A DNA stretch of 33,265 bases from an uncultured archaeon (GTDB taxonomy: Archaea > Asgardarchaeota > Hermodarchaeia > Hermodarchaeales > Hermodarchaeaceae), in the NCBI GenBank assembly GCA_964347045.1, contig CAYFXC010000019.1:1-33265 (forward strand), in the 5' to 3' direction. A program made the position numbers and the translations under genes. Below the pieces are notes generated by a model, which saw only the letters and a list, made by a program, of their open reading frames with translations, was not told the origin of the DNA and ran no database searches. Numbering within the stretch: the stretch's first letter is position 1; each line of letters begins with the position of its first letter. Shown here piece after piece: positions 8,217 through 18,492 of this stretch.

Positions 8217-9575
8217 TTGCTCACACTAACTGGGGGCATTTATACTTTGTATCAACCGGAAATCTCTCCTATTCTCAAATATTCACGATACATTCTCTGT
8301 TCCGGATTTATGATTGCTTTTTTATCCATCTTGGTTCCTGCCTTTTCACTTTACATTACAATTGCTGGAACTCTGGTTTTCCTCATCGGTTTCATCGCAC
8401 AAGTTTACTTGTACCGAGTTATGAGCAAATACAGAATTCGAACTAGTCTGGGAATTGATTTTCTATTCCCTGAAATTGATAATTGGTTGGTTGCTGTTGA
8501 TTTCATCGCTATGCCAAAGGAACCAATTCCTACTGAAGCCGCTTTTTCGGATGCGGAGATTGATGATTTAATTCGTGTAATGAAAACCAAAAAGCGGAAA
8601 CGTAACGAAGCCGCAAATCAATTAGCATCAGGTGGTCCAAAGGTCATTCCTTTTGTAGTGAAACTTCTAAAAGCTGAGGATGATGATTTACGTGCTAAGG
8701 CTGCAGCTATCCTTCGTCATCTTGGTCCTCGTGCAGAAGAAGCTGTTCCAACTTTGATTGAATATATCGACAATGCGGAAGCGGTTGTTCAAGGACAAGT
8801 TATCTCTGCTTTGGCTCGTATCGGAGCTCCTGCTAAAAACGCAATACCCTCATTAGTCAAGCAATTGAAAAATGAGAATGATGATATTCGTATTTGTTCA
8901 TCGTTGGCCATTGGTCGAATTCAAAAGAAAAAGAATGTTGATGACAACACTCTGAATTCGTTGACAAAGTTACTTGATGATCCAATCCCAGAAGTTCAAA
9001 CTGCAGCTCTTATCGCTTTGGAGGATTTGGGTGAGTCTGTAGATGATGCTGTTTCACTACTAATTAGTGGTCTTCGTGTTCTGAACCCCATTCTCGCTCT
9101 TCTATGTACACAACATCTTGGTTTTCATGAAAACGAAGCAAATGATTCAATCCCTGATCTAATTGAGGCACTCAAATCTAATCATCCTATCATCCAAATC
9201 ATTGTGTCCCACGCCTTATACCGTATCGGCTATGATTCACTAGCCCTACTTCGTCCAATCCTTACAGCAGCAAAAGCAGGTGAGATTTATGTGAAGTTGG
9301 AAGCTCTTGAAATCCTACAGGATATGGGACCTGCTGCCGAACCTGCAATGCAAGCCTATGTTCGAATGCTAGGTGATAAAAACACCCTGGTACGCGTAGT
9401 GGCTGTTCGTGGTATCAATTTCCTAGGAGATAAAGGTCGACCCTTAGCTTCACAACTTCGCCGAGCCCTAGATGATCCGGCAAAAGCAGTTCGATATCAT
9501 GCTGAAGCTTCTCTTAAAGCGCTTGGTGAACCACTAGAAGAACCAAAGCTAATTGAAGAAGGTCAAGCAGACTAA
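8217..9575 (+). CDS. Membrane-tethered HEAT repeat protein
   Basis: N-terminal 2-3 TM segments followed by ~9-10 HEAT units (LGP.A..AVP.L, L.D....VR..A); start uncertain. Confidence 0.85.
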   Translation: MLTLTGGIYTLYQPEISPILKYSRYILCSGFMIAFLSILVPAFSLYITIAGTLVFLIGFIAQVYLYRVMSKYRIRTSLGIDFLFPEIDNWLVAVDFIAMPKEPIPTEAAFSDAEIDDLIRVMKTKKRKRNEAANQLASGGPKVIPFVVKLLKAEDDDLRAKAAAILRHLGPRAEEAVPTLIEYIDNAEAVVQGQVISALARIGAPAKNAIPSLVKQLKNENDDIRICSSLAIGRIQKKKNVDDNTLNSLTKLLDDPIPEVQTAALIALEDLGESVDDAVSLLISGLRVLNPILALLCTQHLGFHENEANDSIPDLIEALKSNHPIIQIIVSHALYRIGYDSLALLRPILTAAKAGEIYVKLEALEILQDMGPAAEPAMQAYVRMLGDKNTLVRVVAVRGINFLGDKGRPLASQLRRALDDPAKAVRYHAEASLKALGEPLEEPKLIEEGQAD

Positions 9576-9669
9576 CTCTTCCAATTCTATTAGATCCGGA
9601 GAATTCTGTAAACAGATGCCAGTTCAACTTCGAGTTTCCAATTATGATCGATTATGAATAAAAATGCTA

Positions 9670-10512
9670 TCAGACCCGAAGCCGGTATAGTAACTGGAGA
9701 TTCTTTCGATACCATTCTTCTCCTCCTGGGGTTTCAAGGGTCATTGGTGTTAATTTGAACCGGTAGTCATTAATAATTTCAGCAAAAACCCTTTCACCAA
9801 TCTTTCCATGACCGATGTTTTCATGACGATCTCTATGACTAGCTAAATCTGTTTTGGAATCATTGAGGTGAAATGCTTTCAGATGCTGTAAGCCTATGTT
9901 TGAATCGAACTCGTCAATTATCTCATGATAACCTTCAGATGTTCGTAAATCATAGCCTGATGCAAATGCATGTGATGTGTCAAAGCAAATGTGAATTCGA
10001 TCTGAAAATCCTATCATTTCCCGGATTTCAGCGATTTGTTCGAATGAGCTTCCAAGAAGAAAGCCTGATCCAGAAGTATTTTCGATTAAAAGTTGAACTT
10101 GTTGATCGGGACGTTTTTTGAGTAAACGTTGTAGACTATTGACTAGCCGACGAATTCCTCGTTTTTTGGTAGAATTTCGAAAAGAACCGGGATGAAATAC
10201 TAAATAGGGAATATTGAGAGCCTCACATCGATCCATTTCATTAAGAAATGCAGTTTCAGAACGGTTTCGAAGATTTTTGTTACTACTTGCCATGTTGATA
10301 AGATAAATTGAATGAGTCAGTATCGCTTGGATATTGAATTTTTTAATTCCAGTTAGGAAACCCATGATGTTATCATCGGATAGTGATTTGCATTTCCATT
10401 GGTTAGGATTTCGTGTAAAAATCTGTATAGCTTCACAACCTAATTGATGACCACGCTGGGGGGCATTTTGTACACCCCCTTCTATTGAAACATGACAGCC
10501 CAAGAGCCCCAT
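9670..10512 (-). CDS. nfo: Endonuclease IV (AP endonuclease)
   Basis: GCHVS, IQIFTRNP, YLINMAS, FHPG, ENT, DTSHAF, HLNDS, DRHENIG, LETP. Confidence 0.95.
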   Translation of the reverse strand: MGLLGCHVSIEGGVQNAPQRGHQLGCEAIQIFTRNPNQWKCKSLSDDNIMGFLTGIKKFNIQAILTHSIYLINMASSNKNLRNRSETAFLNEMDRCEALNIPYLVFHPGSFRNSTKKRGIRRLVNSLQRLLKKRPDQQVQLLIENTSGSGFLLGSSFEQIAEIREMIGFSDRIHICFDTSHAFASGYDLRTSEGYHEIIDEFDSNIGLQHLKAFHLNDSKTDLASHRDRHENIGHGKIGERVFAEIINDYRFKLTPMTLETPGGEEWYRKNLQLLYRLRV

Positions 10513-10654
10513 TACTTCATCGCCTGATTAATGGTGTCATTCAATAATAGAATAGAGAACATAAAAACTGATTTAGAGCAAGCCTTTTCAATATCATTTG
10601 AAGCAATAGAGCCTTATCGTTCAGAGAGGGCCCTCTCTTTGGAAGGTTGGTATT

Positions 10655-12070
10655 GTGACAAGCTGGATTGCCAGTTTCTTTGGTCTGGAAGATGAGTCCA
10701 AGCGAGTCCAATACCTTGCCAAAGTTGCTGCAGCTTGGATGCCTCTTGCTGCACTAGCTTTCATGTTGTCTAGCACCTTTTACTCCATATTTGTCGCTGA
10801 AATTCTTGCTCCGGGTGATTTGGTCATTGGTTTTGCTTTTGTAGGAATACTTGCTGCGATTTCGATGGGAACCCAACTTCTACTAGATTATCCAACGGGA
10901 GGCATTGGTGATTGGATTGGTCAAAGATGGATACTAGCGGCATCTTACCTTTGTTTTGGGTTAGTATTTTACCTCACAGCCGTAGGAGCCCTTTTCCCTT
11001 ATTTTTGGTATTGGGTAATTCTCTATGTCATCACAGCCATAGGTGCTGCACTCAATTCTGGAGCACTTATGGCTTGGTTTGATAACAATTATCGTACTTC
11101 GGCAACAGATCCTGAAAGAAAAGCCTACAGTAAAGCTCAAGGGAGAATGGGTATGTTTTTTCAAATCGCTACAACAGCTGTGCTCATTCCTGGAGCTTTT
11201 ATGGCTATGCTTCTTGGGCGAACTATGGTTTTTAATTTTCAAGCGATTCTTTGTATAGTATTGGCTGCAATCTCATTTATTTTATTTCGTGATTCCCCAG
11301 AGGTTATTGAAAAACGTCCAAAACGCTCGTTGCGCAATTATCTCAAAGTGTTAAAAAAAGGACTTTCCTTTAGCTTTTCAACCCGACTGGTTATGCTATT
11401 TCTTATCGGCATGGTCATAATGAGTAGCACAATAATTGTCTGGGGAAACATGCTTTTGTTTCTCATTTACTATTCATATCTTGGGAACAGTGATGTGGCC
11501 GTAGCAATTTTTCGAACGTTTCTGTTTGGATTTAGTGTTCTTTGGATTGAACGCGCAGGAGTCTGGACGCGAAACCTATCTCCACCAAAATGGATTCCCC
11601 GATCTCGAATGCTCCAAACTTGTGGCCCATTATTCTACTTTGCCTTCGCAGTAATCATTTTTGTAATGCCGCCGATTAATGTTCCCTTTCCATACAACTA
11701 TCTCCAAATCTCCACACTTCTAATTTGTGCTGGTTTCATCATCACAGGCATCTTTACAGCCTTTGGCAATATTTTGAATTCGCGGCTATTGCTTGATCTA
11801 ATTCCCGATAATATTCGGAATAGCATCTACTCTTTAATTCCCACACTCACCCTCCTCTTTGCCATACCTCAAACCGTCCTCTTTGCCCCAATTCTAATTA
11901 TCTATGATGTACCAGCAGTACTTGTTGGCCTTGGAGTAATCAGTCTAGCTGGGCTTCTAATTCTATATCTTGGTCTTCGTCGAGTACCCAAGAAACCTAT
12001 CGTTACTGAAGAAGAACTGGTTTCAGCGGAAGAACCGCAAACTGGACCTGCGCCTTCTGAAATGCCCTAG
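10655..12070 (+). CDS. MFS transporter
   Basis: 12 TM pattern, DYPTGGIGDWIGQR motif A variant. Confidence 0.85.
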   Translation: MTSWIASFFGLEDESKRVQYLAKVAAAWMPLAALAFMLSSTFYSIFVAEILAPGDLVIGFAFVGILAAISMGTQLLLDYPTGGIGDWIGQRWILAASYLCFGLVFYLTAVGALFPYFWYWVILYVITAIGAALNSGALMAWFDNNYRTSATDPERKAYSKAQGRMGMFFQIATTAVLIPGAFMAMLLGRTMVFNFQAILCIVLAAISFILFRDSPEVIEKRPKRSLRNYLKVLKKGLSFSFSTRLVMLFLIGMVIMSSTIIVWGNMLLFLIYYSYLGNSDVAVAIFRTFLFGFSVLWIERAGVWTRNLSPPKWIPRSRMLQTCGPLFYFAFAVIIFVMPPINVPFPYNYLQISTLLICAGFIITGIFTAFGNILNSRLLLDLIPDNIRNSIYSLIPTLTLLFAIPQTVLFAPILIIYDVPAVLVGLGVISLAGLLILYLGLRRVPKKPIVTEEELVSAEEPQTGPAPSEMP

Positions 12071-13491
12071 CTCTGGGTTTTGGTAAATTCATCCGGAGGT
12101 TCAGATTTCCTTACAATAAGCCGAATGCCATCAAGGCGCACAATTTCGATTGATTCTCCTGCTTTAATAACGCCCTTTTCCGCTACTGCCATCCAGCTCT
12201 CACCTAGCGCACGAACACGTCCTTCCGGGTCGAGATTTGTTTCAGCAATTCCAAGGGTTCCAGGAAAAGACTTGGGGTCAAAGTCACTTGTAAGACGACG
12301 CGCTTGTGCCGCTTTGTATATAGCGTATCCAAACAGAACTGAAAAGATCAAGGCTGTCGTTGCTGCTACACCTTGAAAGAGCCACATTAGTTGAATTGGG
12401 ATGAGCCATTGACTTGGTGGCAGGAAAAAGATTCCGCCAAGCACAAAACAAGCAATACCGGCTATCCCTGCGAGTCCAGCGAATCCGACATCTGTTTTAG
12501 CTTCGATGATTAGCATAATTAAACCTAACACCATAAGAACTATACCCGCAATGGAAATTCCAATGATACCTAATCCAACCAATGCCAGTAGAATGCAAAT
12601 GAGACTAATTACTTCACCAGCATGTCCAGGTGCGTTCAATGCAAAGACAAAGCCCCATATTCCGACTTGAAGTAAAATAAAACTCACAATTGGATGGGCA
12701 AGGAATGCCAAAATAGATAGCCCTACATTAGGTGAAAAGGTGATTTGTGGTTCGGACGCAACTCCACTGAAATCTTGGATAATCTGTGAGTAATTGTAAC
12801 TACTCAATTCCGCAGTTGGCAAAATTGTATAAGTAAAATCATACTCAACCAATTGCCTTTGGACAAGAGTATATGTCTCAAGGGTTACAAGCAGTTCAGC
12901 AAGAGAATTGGCAATTAATTCGATGCTGCCCAAGATTTCAGCCTCAACAGCCCCAAGATTCAAATTTTCAAAAATAAATCGCGTGGCGGTTGTTTCGTTA
13001 CGCTCATGTAAGTGAGCTTGAGAAGTTAAAAGTGTAGCAAGTGAATTCATGTACACAGGGTCTGTAACCGGAAAAATTCCTACAATTGGTTGACATGACC
13101 CGATACGTGCAGCAGGCCCCATTGCTGCAACTTGTGAAGCAGTAAGCATATAGGCTCCTCCACTGAGGGCTTGAGCAGCGGGAGGAACATATACCATAAT
13201 TGGAATAGGTGAAGTAGCAAACAATTGCATTATCTGGTTGACGGCTCCAAGTTCACCACCAGAAGTGCTTAATTCGATAACAATAAGTCGAGCATTTTCT
13301 GTTAGAGCTAAAGATATTACTTCTTGAATTGAGAGCGTTGTGACTCCCGTTATCTGTCCGGATAATTGATAGATTACAATGGGATCACCTGCTTGCCTAC
13401 TTTGGGTAGGTCCCTTCGTTATTCCAACAAATAGTATGCTAGCCAAAAAAACGCTTGAAAATAGGGTCAGATACCTAAGGCGCAGCACCAC
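12067..13491 (-). CDS. nfeD: NfeD-like membrane protein (ClpP-like domain, TM domain, OB-fold)
   Basis: PIPIMVYV, ALSGG, AAMGP..RIGS, TM block, C-terminal LDPEGRVRALGESW.A....I..G..IEIV; 4-bp convergent overlap with the MFS gene. Confidence 0.85.
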   Translation of the reverse strand: MVLRLRYLTLFSSVFLASILFVGITKGPTQSRQAGDPIVIYQLSGQITGVTTLSIQEVISLALTENARLIVIELSTSGGELGAVNQIMQLFATSPIPIMVYVPPAAQALSGGAYMLTASQVAAMGPAARIGSCQPIVGIFPVTDPVYMNSLATLLTSQAHLHERNETTATRFIFENLNLGAVEAEILGSIELIANSLAELLVTLETYTLVQRQLVEYDFTYTILPTAELSSYNYSQIIQDFSGVASEPQITFSPNVGLSILAFLAHPIVSFILLQVGIWGFVFALNAPGHAGEVISLICILLALVGLGIIGISIAGIVLMVLGLIMLIIEAKTDVGFAGLAGIAGIACFVLGGIFFLPPSQWLIPIQLMWLFQGVAATTALIFSVLFGYAIYKAAQARRLTSDFDPKSFPGTLGIAETNLDPEGRVRALGESWMAVAEKGVIKAGESIEIVRLDGIRLIVRKSEPPDEFTKTQS

Positions 13492-13653
13492 TCACCATGA
13501 AAGGCTGGCAAATCTAACCTAAAGAAGTTTCTGTTTTGATACTATTTTTTTGGACAAGATATTGCTATCTAACGGCTTTTGCGTAAAACTCCCATGACTA
13601 CAATGATTTAAAGAGGTCTCATAAAATTTAAAATCACTCTATCGAATTCCCTA

Positions 13654-15918
13654 TTGAGGATCATGAGTGGGGAACTGAAAGAACAGTCTATCCTAGGTCA
13701 AATCATCTGGCGAGTATTAGTAGTTCTTTTAACCATTTTTGGATTGTACTTCATCCTCATACCTATATGGAACGTAGGCACTGTTCAGGTTGGACTCCAT
13801 ACTCTTCTCGCTTTTCTTGCGATTATTGGTGTAGGTGTGGTTAGTTTTGATATTCGTAGGAAAAATGTAACTTGGAAATTTATTTTGATGTCCGTTTTTC
13901 TCTTCACTGCAATTGTTAATTTTGTCACGGCAATCTGGCACCTTTATCCTGCCTATTACACCTCTGAATTATACGAAATTACTGCAGATCTAATTGAAAT
14001 GATGTTGCTTGGTCTGATTATCCTTGGAGCTATGATACCAACCAAGTTCACACAATCCGAAATGGAAGTAAAACGAGGTTTGGTCTTTCTATCTCTTTTG
14101 ACCTTTGGATCCCTTCTCATTTACGGGGTTTTGTACTATTTTCTTTTACCTATTGCTCTATTTTTCGACCCACTTTTACCAGGAATGGGATTTGGGGTTA
14201 TCTGTATAGCAATATTTATCGTGAGTTTCATCATCCTGGCTCGACAATCTAAAATTCTTCACCGATATAGTGCTGTCTTTTTCATTTCCGGTCTCATTAT
14301 AATGATGAGCTCAATTGCTGGTCTAATTATTTCATACGTTATACCATTTTCCCTTCTAGCAGCCTCGATTATGCTTCGAGCAGCAATGATGTATTTCTTT
14401 TTTGTTTCAGTTGCGATACCAGTTCAAAAAGAAATTGAAATCACTGAAGATAGGGCGCATCTCTTTGGATCATTACTAGCACTACTTGCCCTGATTCCTT
14501 ATGCTCTTACTTTGTTACTTGTCGCATTTGTTCCTATTACATTGATATTTCCTGAACAGGGCATCTACACTCTGACACACGTTATTGTAGCGTTTCTTGC
14601 CGCAATTATAGTACGACTTTTATGGTTGTTTACAAAACAACAGCCCCATTGGCATCGATATCCACTAATAATGGCCTTTGTTTCCTTGACTATAGTAGAA
14701 TCCATAATTGTTTTTCTTAGTCCGTGGGTTGAAGTATCTGGCGAATACACTCTCCTTTATGTCCTTGCTGGGTTATTGGTGGTCTTTTGGCTGTATCTTA
14801 CTTTACGATGGATTTACAATACTCCTACGAGAATGAAACATGAATCCATGATACGATGGATAGTATATATTTCAACTTTAATGACCATTATTATTCTTGC
14901 AGGCGTTTGGTTACAAAATTACCTCTTTCTAGTTCTTCCGCTGACCATAATTCAACTCCTTTTTCGAAGTATTCTTCTTGCTGTGTGTCTCATTGGTACA
15001 TCATTTCTTGCATATCTGTTTATTATCTTCATTCAGATGTCAAAAGGCAAACCTACAATGGGATTCATTGTTTTAGGAACCCTAGCCCTTTGGCTTATTG
15101 CGAATATCATCAGAGTTAATTTCATCGATTGGACAGCAGGTTGGTGGGTAGCTCAATTTCTAGTACTCTTTGGGTTCATGCTTGGTCCGTCAATACTAGG
15201 AAGACTCTATCTAACCGCTCTTGAACAGTCTGAGCGGGAGCGAAAACGAGCAACCCTTTACGCAGATATTCTCATTCATGATCTTCGCAACTATCACACA
15301 GTAATCCAAACTTCCCTAGACCTTCTAATGCTCTCACAGGATCCGACAGAAGCTGTTGATGTTGTTACAGATAATATTCAAACAGCTATTACTCGTGCAG
15401 GTCAATTGATCACCAATGTTCGAAGCCTTGAATTGGCTAGCAATTTACAATCACAGGATTTAGCTCGAATAGATATCGTTTCGGTAATTCATGAAGCTTG
15501 GGAACATATCCAAGACCCTGATGAAGAGATAACTCAGTTTGAGATAAACCGTCAACCCAATGAGTGCTTCGTACAAGCCAACGAGCTACTTCTCGAGGTC
15601 TTCATTAATTTATTCAGGAATGCACTACAATATTCTGAAGAAGTAAAACGCATCCAGGTAGATATTCACCCTCTTGAACAATTTGCGCAACAATATTGGA
15701 AAATCCGAGTATTAGACTGGGGAAAGGGAATTCCTGCTGAACAGAAGCAGAAATTATTTAAGCGATTCACAGAAGGAGCCAAGGGTCTCGGTTTAGGTTT
15801 ATATGTAGTAAAATCTTTGATTGAAGCGTTTGGTGGGTCGGTTTCTGTGGAAAATCGTGTGCCAGATGATGAAAGCCAGGGAACAGTCTTCATTATCAAA
15901 TTATTACGTTTAACCTAG
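13654..15918 (+). CDS. Multi-TM sensor histidine kinase
   Basis: H-box ILIHDLRN, N-box EVFINLFRNA, G1 DWGKGI, F-box LFKRF, G2 GLGLGL; ~16 hydrophobic segments; start may be ATG 13663. Confidence 0.9.
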   Translation: MRIMSGELKEQSILGQIIWRVLVVLLTIFGLYFILIPIWNVGTVQVGLHTLLAFLAIIGVGVVSFDIRRKNVTWKFILMSVFLFTAIVNFVTAIWHLYPAYYTSELYEITADLIEMMLLGLIILGAMIPTKFTQSEMEVKRGLVFLSLLTFGSLLIYGVLYYFLLPIALFFDPLLPGMGFGVICIAIFIVSFIILARQSKILHRYSAVFFISGLIIMMSSIAGLIISYVIPFSLLAASIMLRAAMMYFFFVSVAIPVQKEIEITEDRAHLFGSLLALLALIPYALTLLLVAFVPITLIFPEQGIYTLTHVIVAFLAAIIVRLLWLFTKQQPHWHRYPLIMAFVSLTIVESIIVFLSPWVEVSGEYTLLYVLAGLLVVFWLYLTLRWIYNTPTRMKHESMIRWIVYISTLMTIIILAGVWLQNYLFLVLPLTIIQLLFRSILLAVCLIGTSFLAYLFIIFIQMSKGKPTMGFIVLGTLALWLIANIIRVNFIDWTAGWWVAQFLVLFGFMLGPSILGRLYLTALEQSERERKRATLYADILIHDLRNYHTVIQTSLDLLMLSQDPTEAVDVVTDNIQTAITRAGQLITNVRSLELASNLQSQDLARIDIVSVIHEAWEHIQDPDEEITQFEINRQPNECFVQANELLLEVFINLFRNALQYSEEVKRIQVDIHPLEQFAQQYWKIRVLDWGKGIPAEQKQKLFKRFTEGAKGLGLGLYVVKSLIEAFGGSVSVENRVPDDESQGTVFIIKLLRLT

Positions 15919-15982
15919 CGATGAAACATCTATTTCGGCTTTAGTTATTTCATTTTTTCAAACTTTCTTTTTACATTATTTT

Positions 15983-17218
15983 TTAAAGAAGACCGAAAGG
16001 TCCTTTGGTTAGAGCCCAAACAAAACGAAGAAGCAACTCAAACACATTAACGCCACGCCCATATGTTCCCAATGGGTCTTTGGTTTGAGTTCCTGCAATG
16101 AAGCCACGCATACCTGCATCTCGCTCTCCAATACGTATGAAAAGATTACACCACCGAGTGAGAAAAACTCTTTGAATCAAAAGTTCAGTTTTAAATCGTC
16201 CTATAACTTTCTCCCAACGAAATTGAAATCTTTGGAGAAACACAGTATCATATTGTTCTCGGTCTGAAGCCTCTGCGAGAGTTTTTGCTGCGAGCTGACC
16301 ACTTTGCATACCAGGCACGATGCCGGCCCCAGTAGACGGTGAAACAAAGCCTGCTGCATCACCAATTAACATAACTCGATCTTTTTGCGTTGTTTGAAGT
16401 GGTCCAATTGTTGGACAAATTCCAGCCTCCACACCTTTCAAGTCAGCTATTTCAGGTAGCATTGACTTCTCCTTTAAAAGACGAATGAGTACTCTAAAGT
16501 AGTCAACAAGTCGAATTGGATAACTGGCAAAACAACCCAATCCTACATTTATATGGTGGGCTTTGGGAAAGACCCAGGCATATCCTGGGATTTGATTGAA
16601 CTGTAAGAATATATGAATTGAGCGATCTGGACCATATTGATTAAGAATGTACTCAGGATTGACAGGGAATTCTTTAACAATTGTTCGACAGATTTCATGA
16701 GGTTGCCAGCCGTGGTGTAATCCTGTTCGTCTTGCAACCAAACTTGCCGCCCCGTCAGCACCTACAACAACCTTAGTTGAAAGTTTTCGTCCATCATCGA
16801 GTTCAACCATAACATGATCAGTGCTTGTTTTTACGTCAACGACGCGGTTACGCGTTCCAATATAAGCCCCTGCTTGTTGAGCAAGTCCAACAAGATACGC
16901 GTCAAATGTTGATCGAAAAACACCCAGCATTCGGGTTCGTCCGCGAACTTGATATCGTAAATCGGGAGAATGTAGTATCCCTTGGTAACTTTCACTTTCA
17001 ACAAAGTAACCTTCGTTTCCTCTAAGGTATGGAAATAATTTCAATACTTCAGCACCTAAATATCCTCCACAGGGTTTAGAACGGGGAAACTGCTGTGCTT
17101 TGTCGAGGAGGAGCACTCGAGTTCTTGGACGATACTCCATTAGGCATTTCGCGGCTGTAGACCCGGCTGGACCAGCCCCTACGATAATAACATCATAATC
17201 GGGCTGTCGAATCGTCAT
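15983..17218 (-). CDS. Geranylgeranyl reductase family FAD-dependent oxidoreductase
   Basis: GAGPAG, KPCGG, VGADG, PGYAWVFP, GDAAGFVSP..GAGI. Confidence 0.88.
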   Translation of the reverse strand: MTIRQPDYDVIIVGAGPAGSTAAKCLMEYRPRTRVLLLDKAQQFPRSKPCGGYLGAEVLKLFPYLRGNEGYFVESESYQGILHSPDLRYQVRGRTRMLGVFRSTFDAYLVGLAQQAGAYIGTRNRVVDVKTSTDHVMVELDDGRKLSTKVVVGADGAASLVARRTGLHHGWQPHEICRTIVKEFPVNPEYILNQYGPDRSIHIFLQFNQIPGYAWVFPKAHHINVGLGCFASYPIRLVDYFRVLIRLLKEKSMLPEIADLKGVEAGICPTIGPLQTTQKDRVMLIGDAAGFVSPSTGAGIVPGMQSGQLAAKTLAEASDREQYDTVFLQRFQFRWEKVIGRFKTELLIQRVFLTRWCNLFIRIGERDAGMRGFIAGTQTKDPLGTYGRGVNVFELLLRFVWALTKGPFGLL

Positions 17219-17322
17219 TCTTACTCACCCAAGAAAAGCTCCTAAAATAAAGCCTACTATAGATGACTGTTCTCAATTAAAGGCGTTTATGCTCCAACAG
17301 AAAAACACTCATCAATATGTTT

Positions 17323-18273
17323 CTAGGCTAATCCTACACCAAATAGAGAAAGATATAACAAGACCGCAACCAAGGCGCCCAAGAGCCCCGAAATAAGATT
17401 TACCATATTGTTGTCAAAGAACCTGTTTCCTCGAAGGTACTCTGCGGGTTGACCACAATGAACTTTTTTCTCTGTAAGCTTGGTACACACTTTACATTGC
17501 CACATTCCTTGAATTGTAGCCCCAAACAAACTATCGATTGTACAACCTACAAACCCTCCAACCAATGCTACTAGAACAATAGTGACTGGAGCAAAGTTAA
17601 CAATTTCAGGCATTATTGCAATACCAAAAACCGATACCCATTGTGGTGCTGCAAGTGTTGCTGCAGTTAATCCAATTACAAGGCAACCAAGTAATGTTGC
17701 TAAGAAACCTGTTATCGATACGCCACCAGAAGTTCCTGGAGGTACACTCTTCCATGGCTTGGTAATTAGACGGGGTGGTGAGGGATTCAATAATCCAATC
17801 TCAGTTGCTAGAGTATCCGCGGTATGAGTTGCCAAGGCCCCTAAGAAGGCAGCAAATGCTACGGCGACAACGGGAAAAGGGATAAAATATGAACCGAAGC
17901 CTACGTCAGTTCTACCATAGGCATCCTGTCCACCACCAAACAAAACAAGAATAAATCCAAAGATCACAAAACTTAGAGGAAGAATACCGTTTGCAATTAC
18001 ATTCGACCAGGCGCGTGCTCCCCTTTTATCTTGAGCGGCACCTAATGATCGCTTCTTTTGATACTTGAAGAGAGTGAAAAGTGCAGTGATAACAAAGAAT
18101 GAGAGCATGATGAAAAACCATGCCCATGAGGTGAGTAACCAGACTATCAGACCAACAACAAAAGCGGCAACTAGACCGGATTTTGTGACAATGTGTTTCT
18201 TATAGGCCATAATTCCTATAACGGCAAGGAAAAGAACTGCAATAGCAATATTGAATACATCCAGTGGTGCCAT
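17323..18273 (-). CDS. DUF92/TMEM19 family membrane protein
   Basis: GAR.W.NVIANG, ADTLATEIG, VPPGTSGGVS..G, DSLFGATIQ, CxxC...HCG, DNN.VN; start placed at MAPLD (18273) rather than 18390. Confidence 0.88.
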   Translation of the reverse strand: MAPLDVFNIAIAVLFLAVIGIMAYKKHIVTKSGLVAAFVVGLIVWLLTSWAWFFIMLSFFVITALFTLFKYQKKRSLGAAQDKRGARAWSNVIANGILPLSFVIFGFILVLFGGGQDAYGRTDVGFGSYFIPFPVVAVAFAAFLGALATHTADTLATEIGLLNPSPPRLITKPWKSVPPGTSGGVSITGFLATLLGCLVIGLTAATLAAPQWVSVFGIAIMPEIVNFAPVTIVLVALVGGFVGCTIDSLFGATIQGMWQCKVCTKLTEKKVHCGQPAEYLRGNRFFDNNMVNLISGLLGALVAVLLYLSLFGVGLA

Positions 18274-18492
18274 TTTTTCCCGAATCCGTTGCTTTTCTTG
18301 ATTTCTTATAGGAAAGTGCCAACGGTCAAAATAATTGTAAAGATTATACAATGAGACGTATGTTTGCGTCTGATTACCCGTGTCCCTCATATTTTTCCAT
18401 TTAAGCCTATGGGTTATGAATCTAGATTATTCGTTTATTGTCGAATTTTTTGTGAAAAACACGATATTAAATGAACTTTTTTAATAATGGTT

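Noticed and set aside
8201-8230. Possible frameshift extending the N-terminus of the TM-HEAT protein (VLSALL / LTLTGG)
   Set aside because: It would add only a few codons, and upstream frames are closed by stops.
18274-18390. N-terminal 39 aa of the DUF92 ORF as listed in the ORF track
   Set aside because: The extension is hydrophilic, spans AT-rich promoter-like DNA, and the TM family domain starts at MAPLD.
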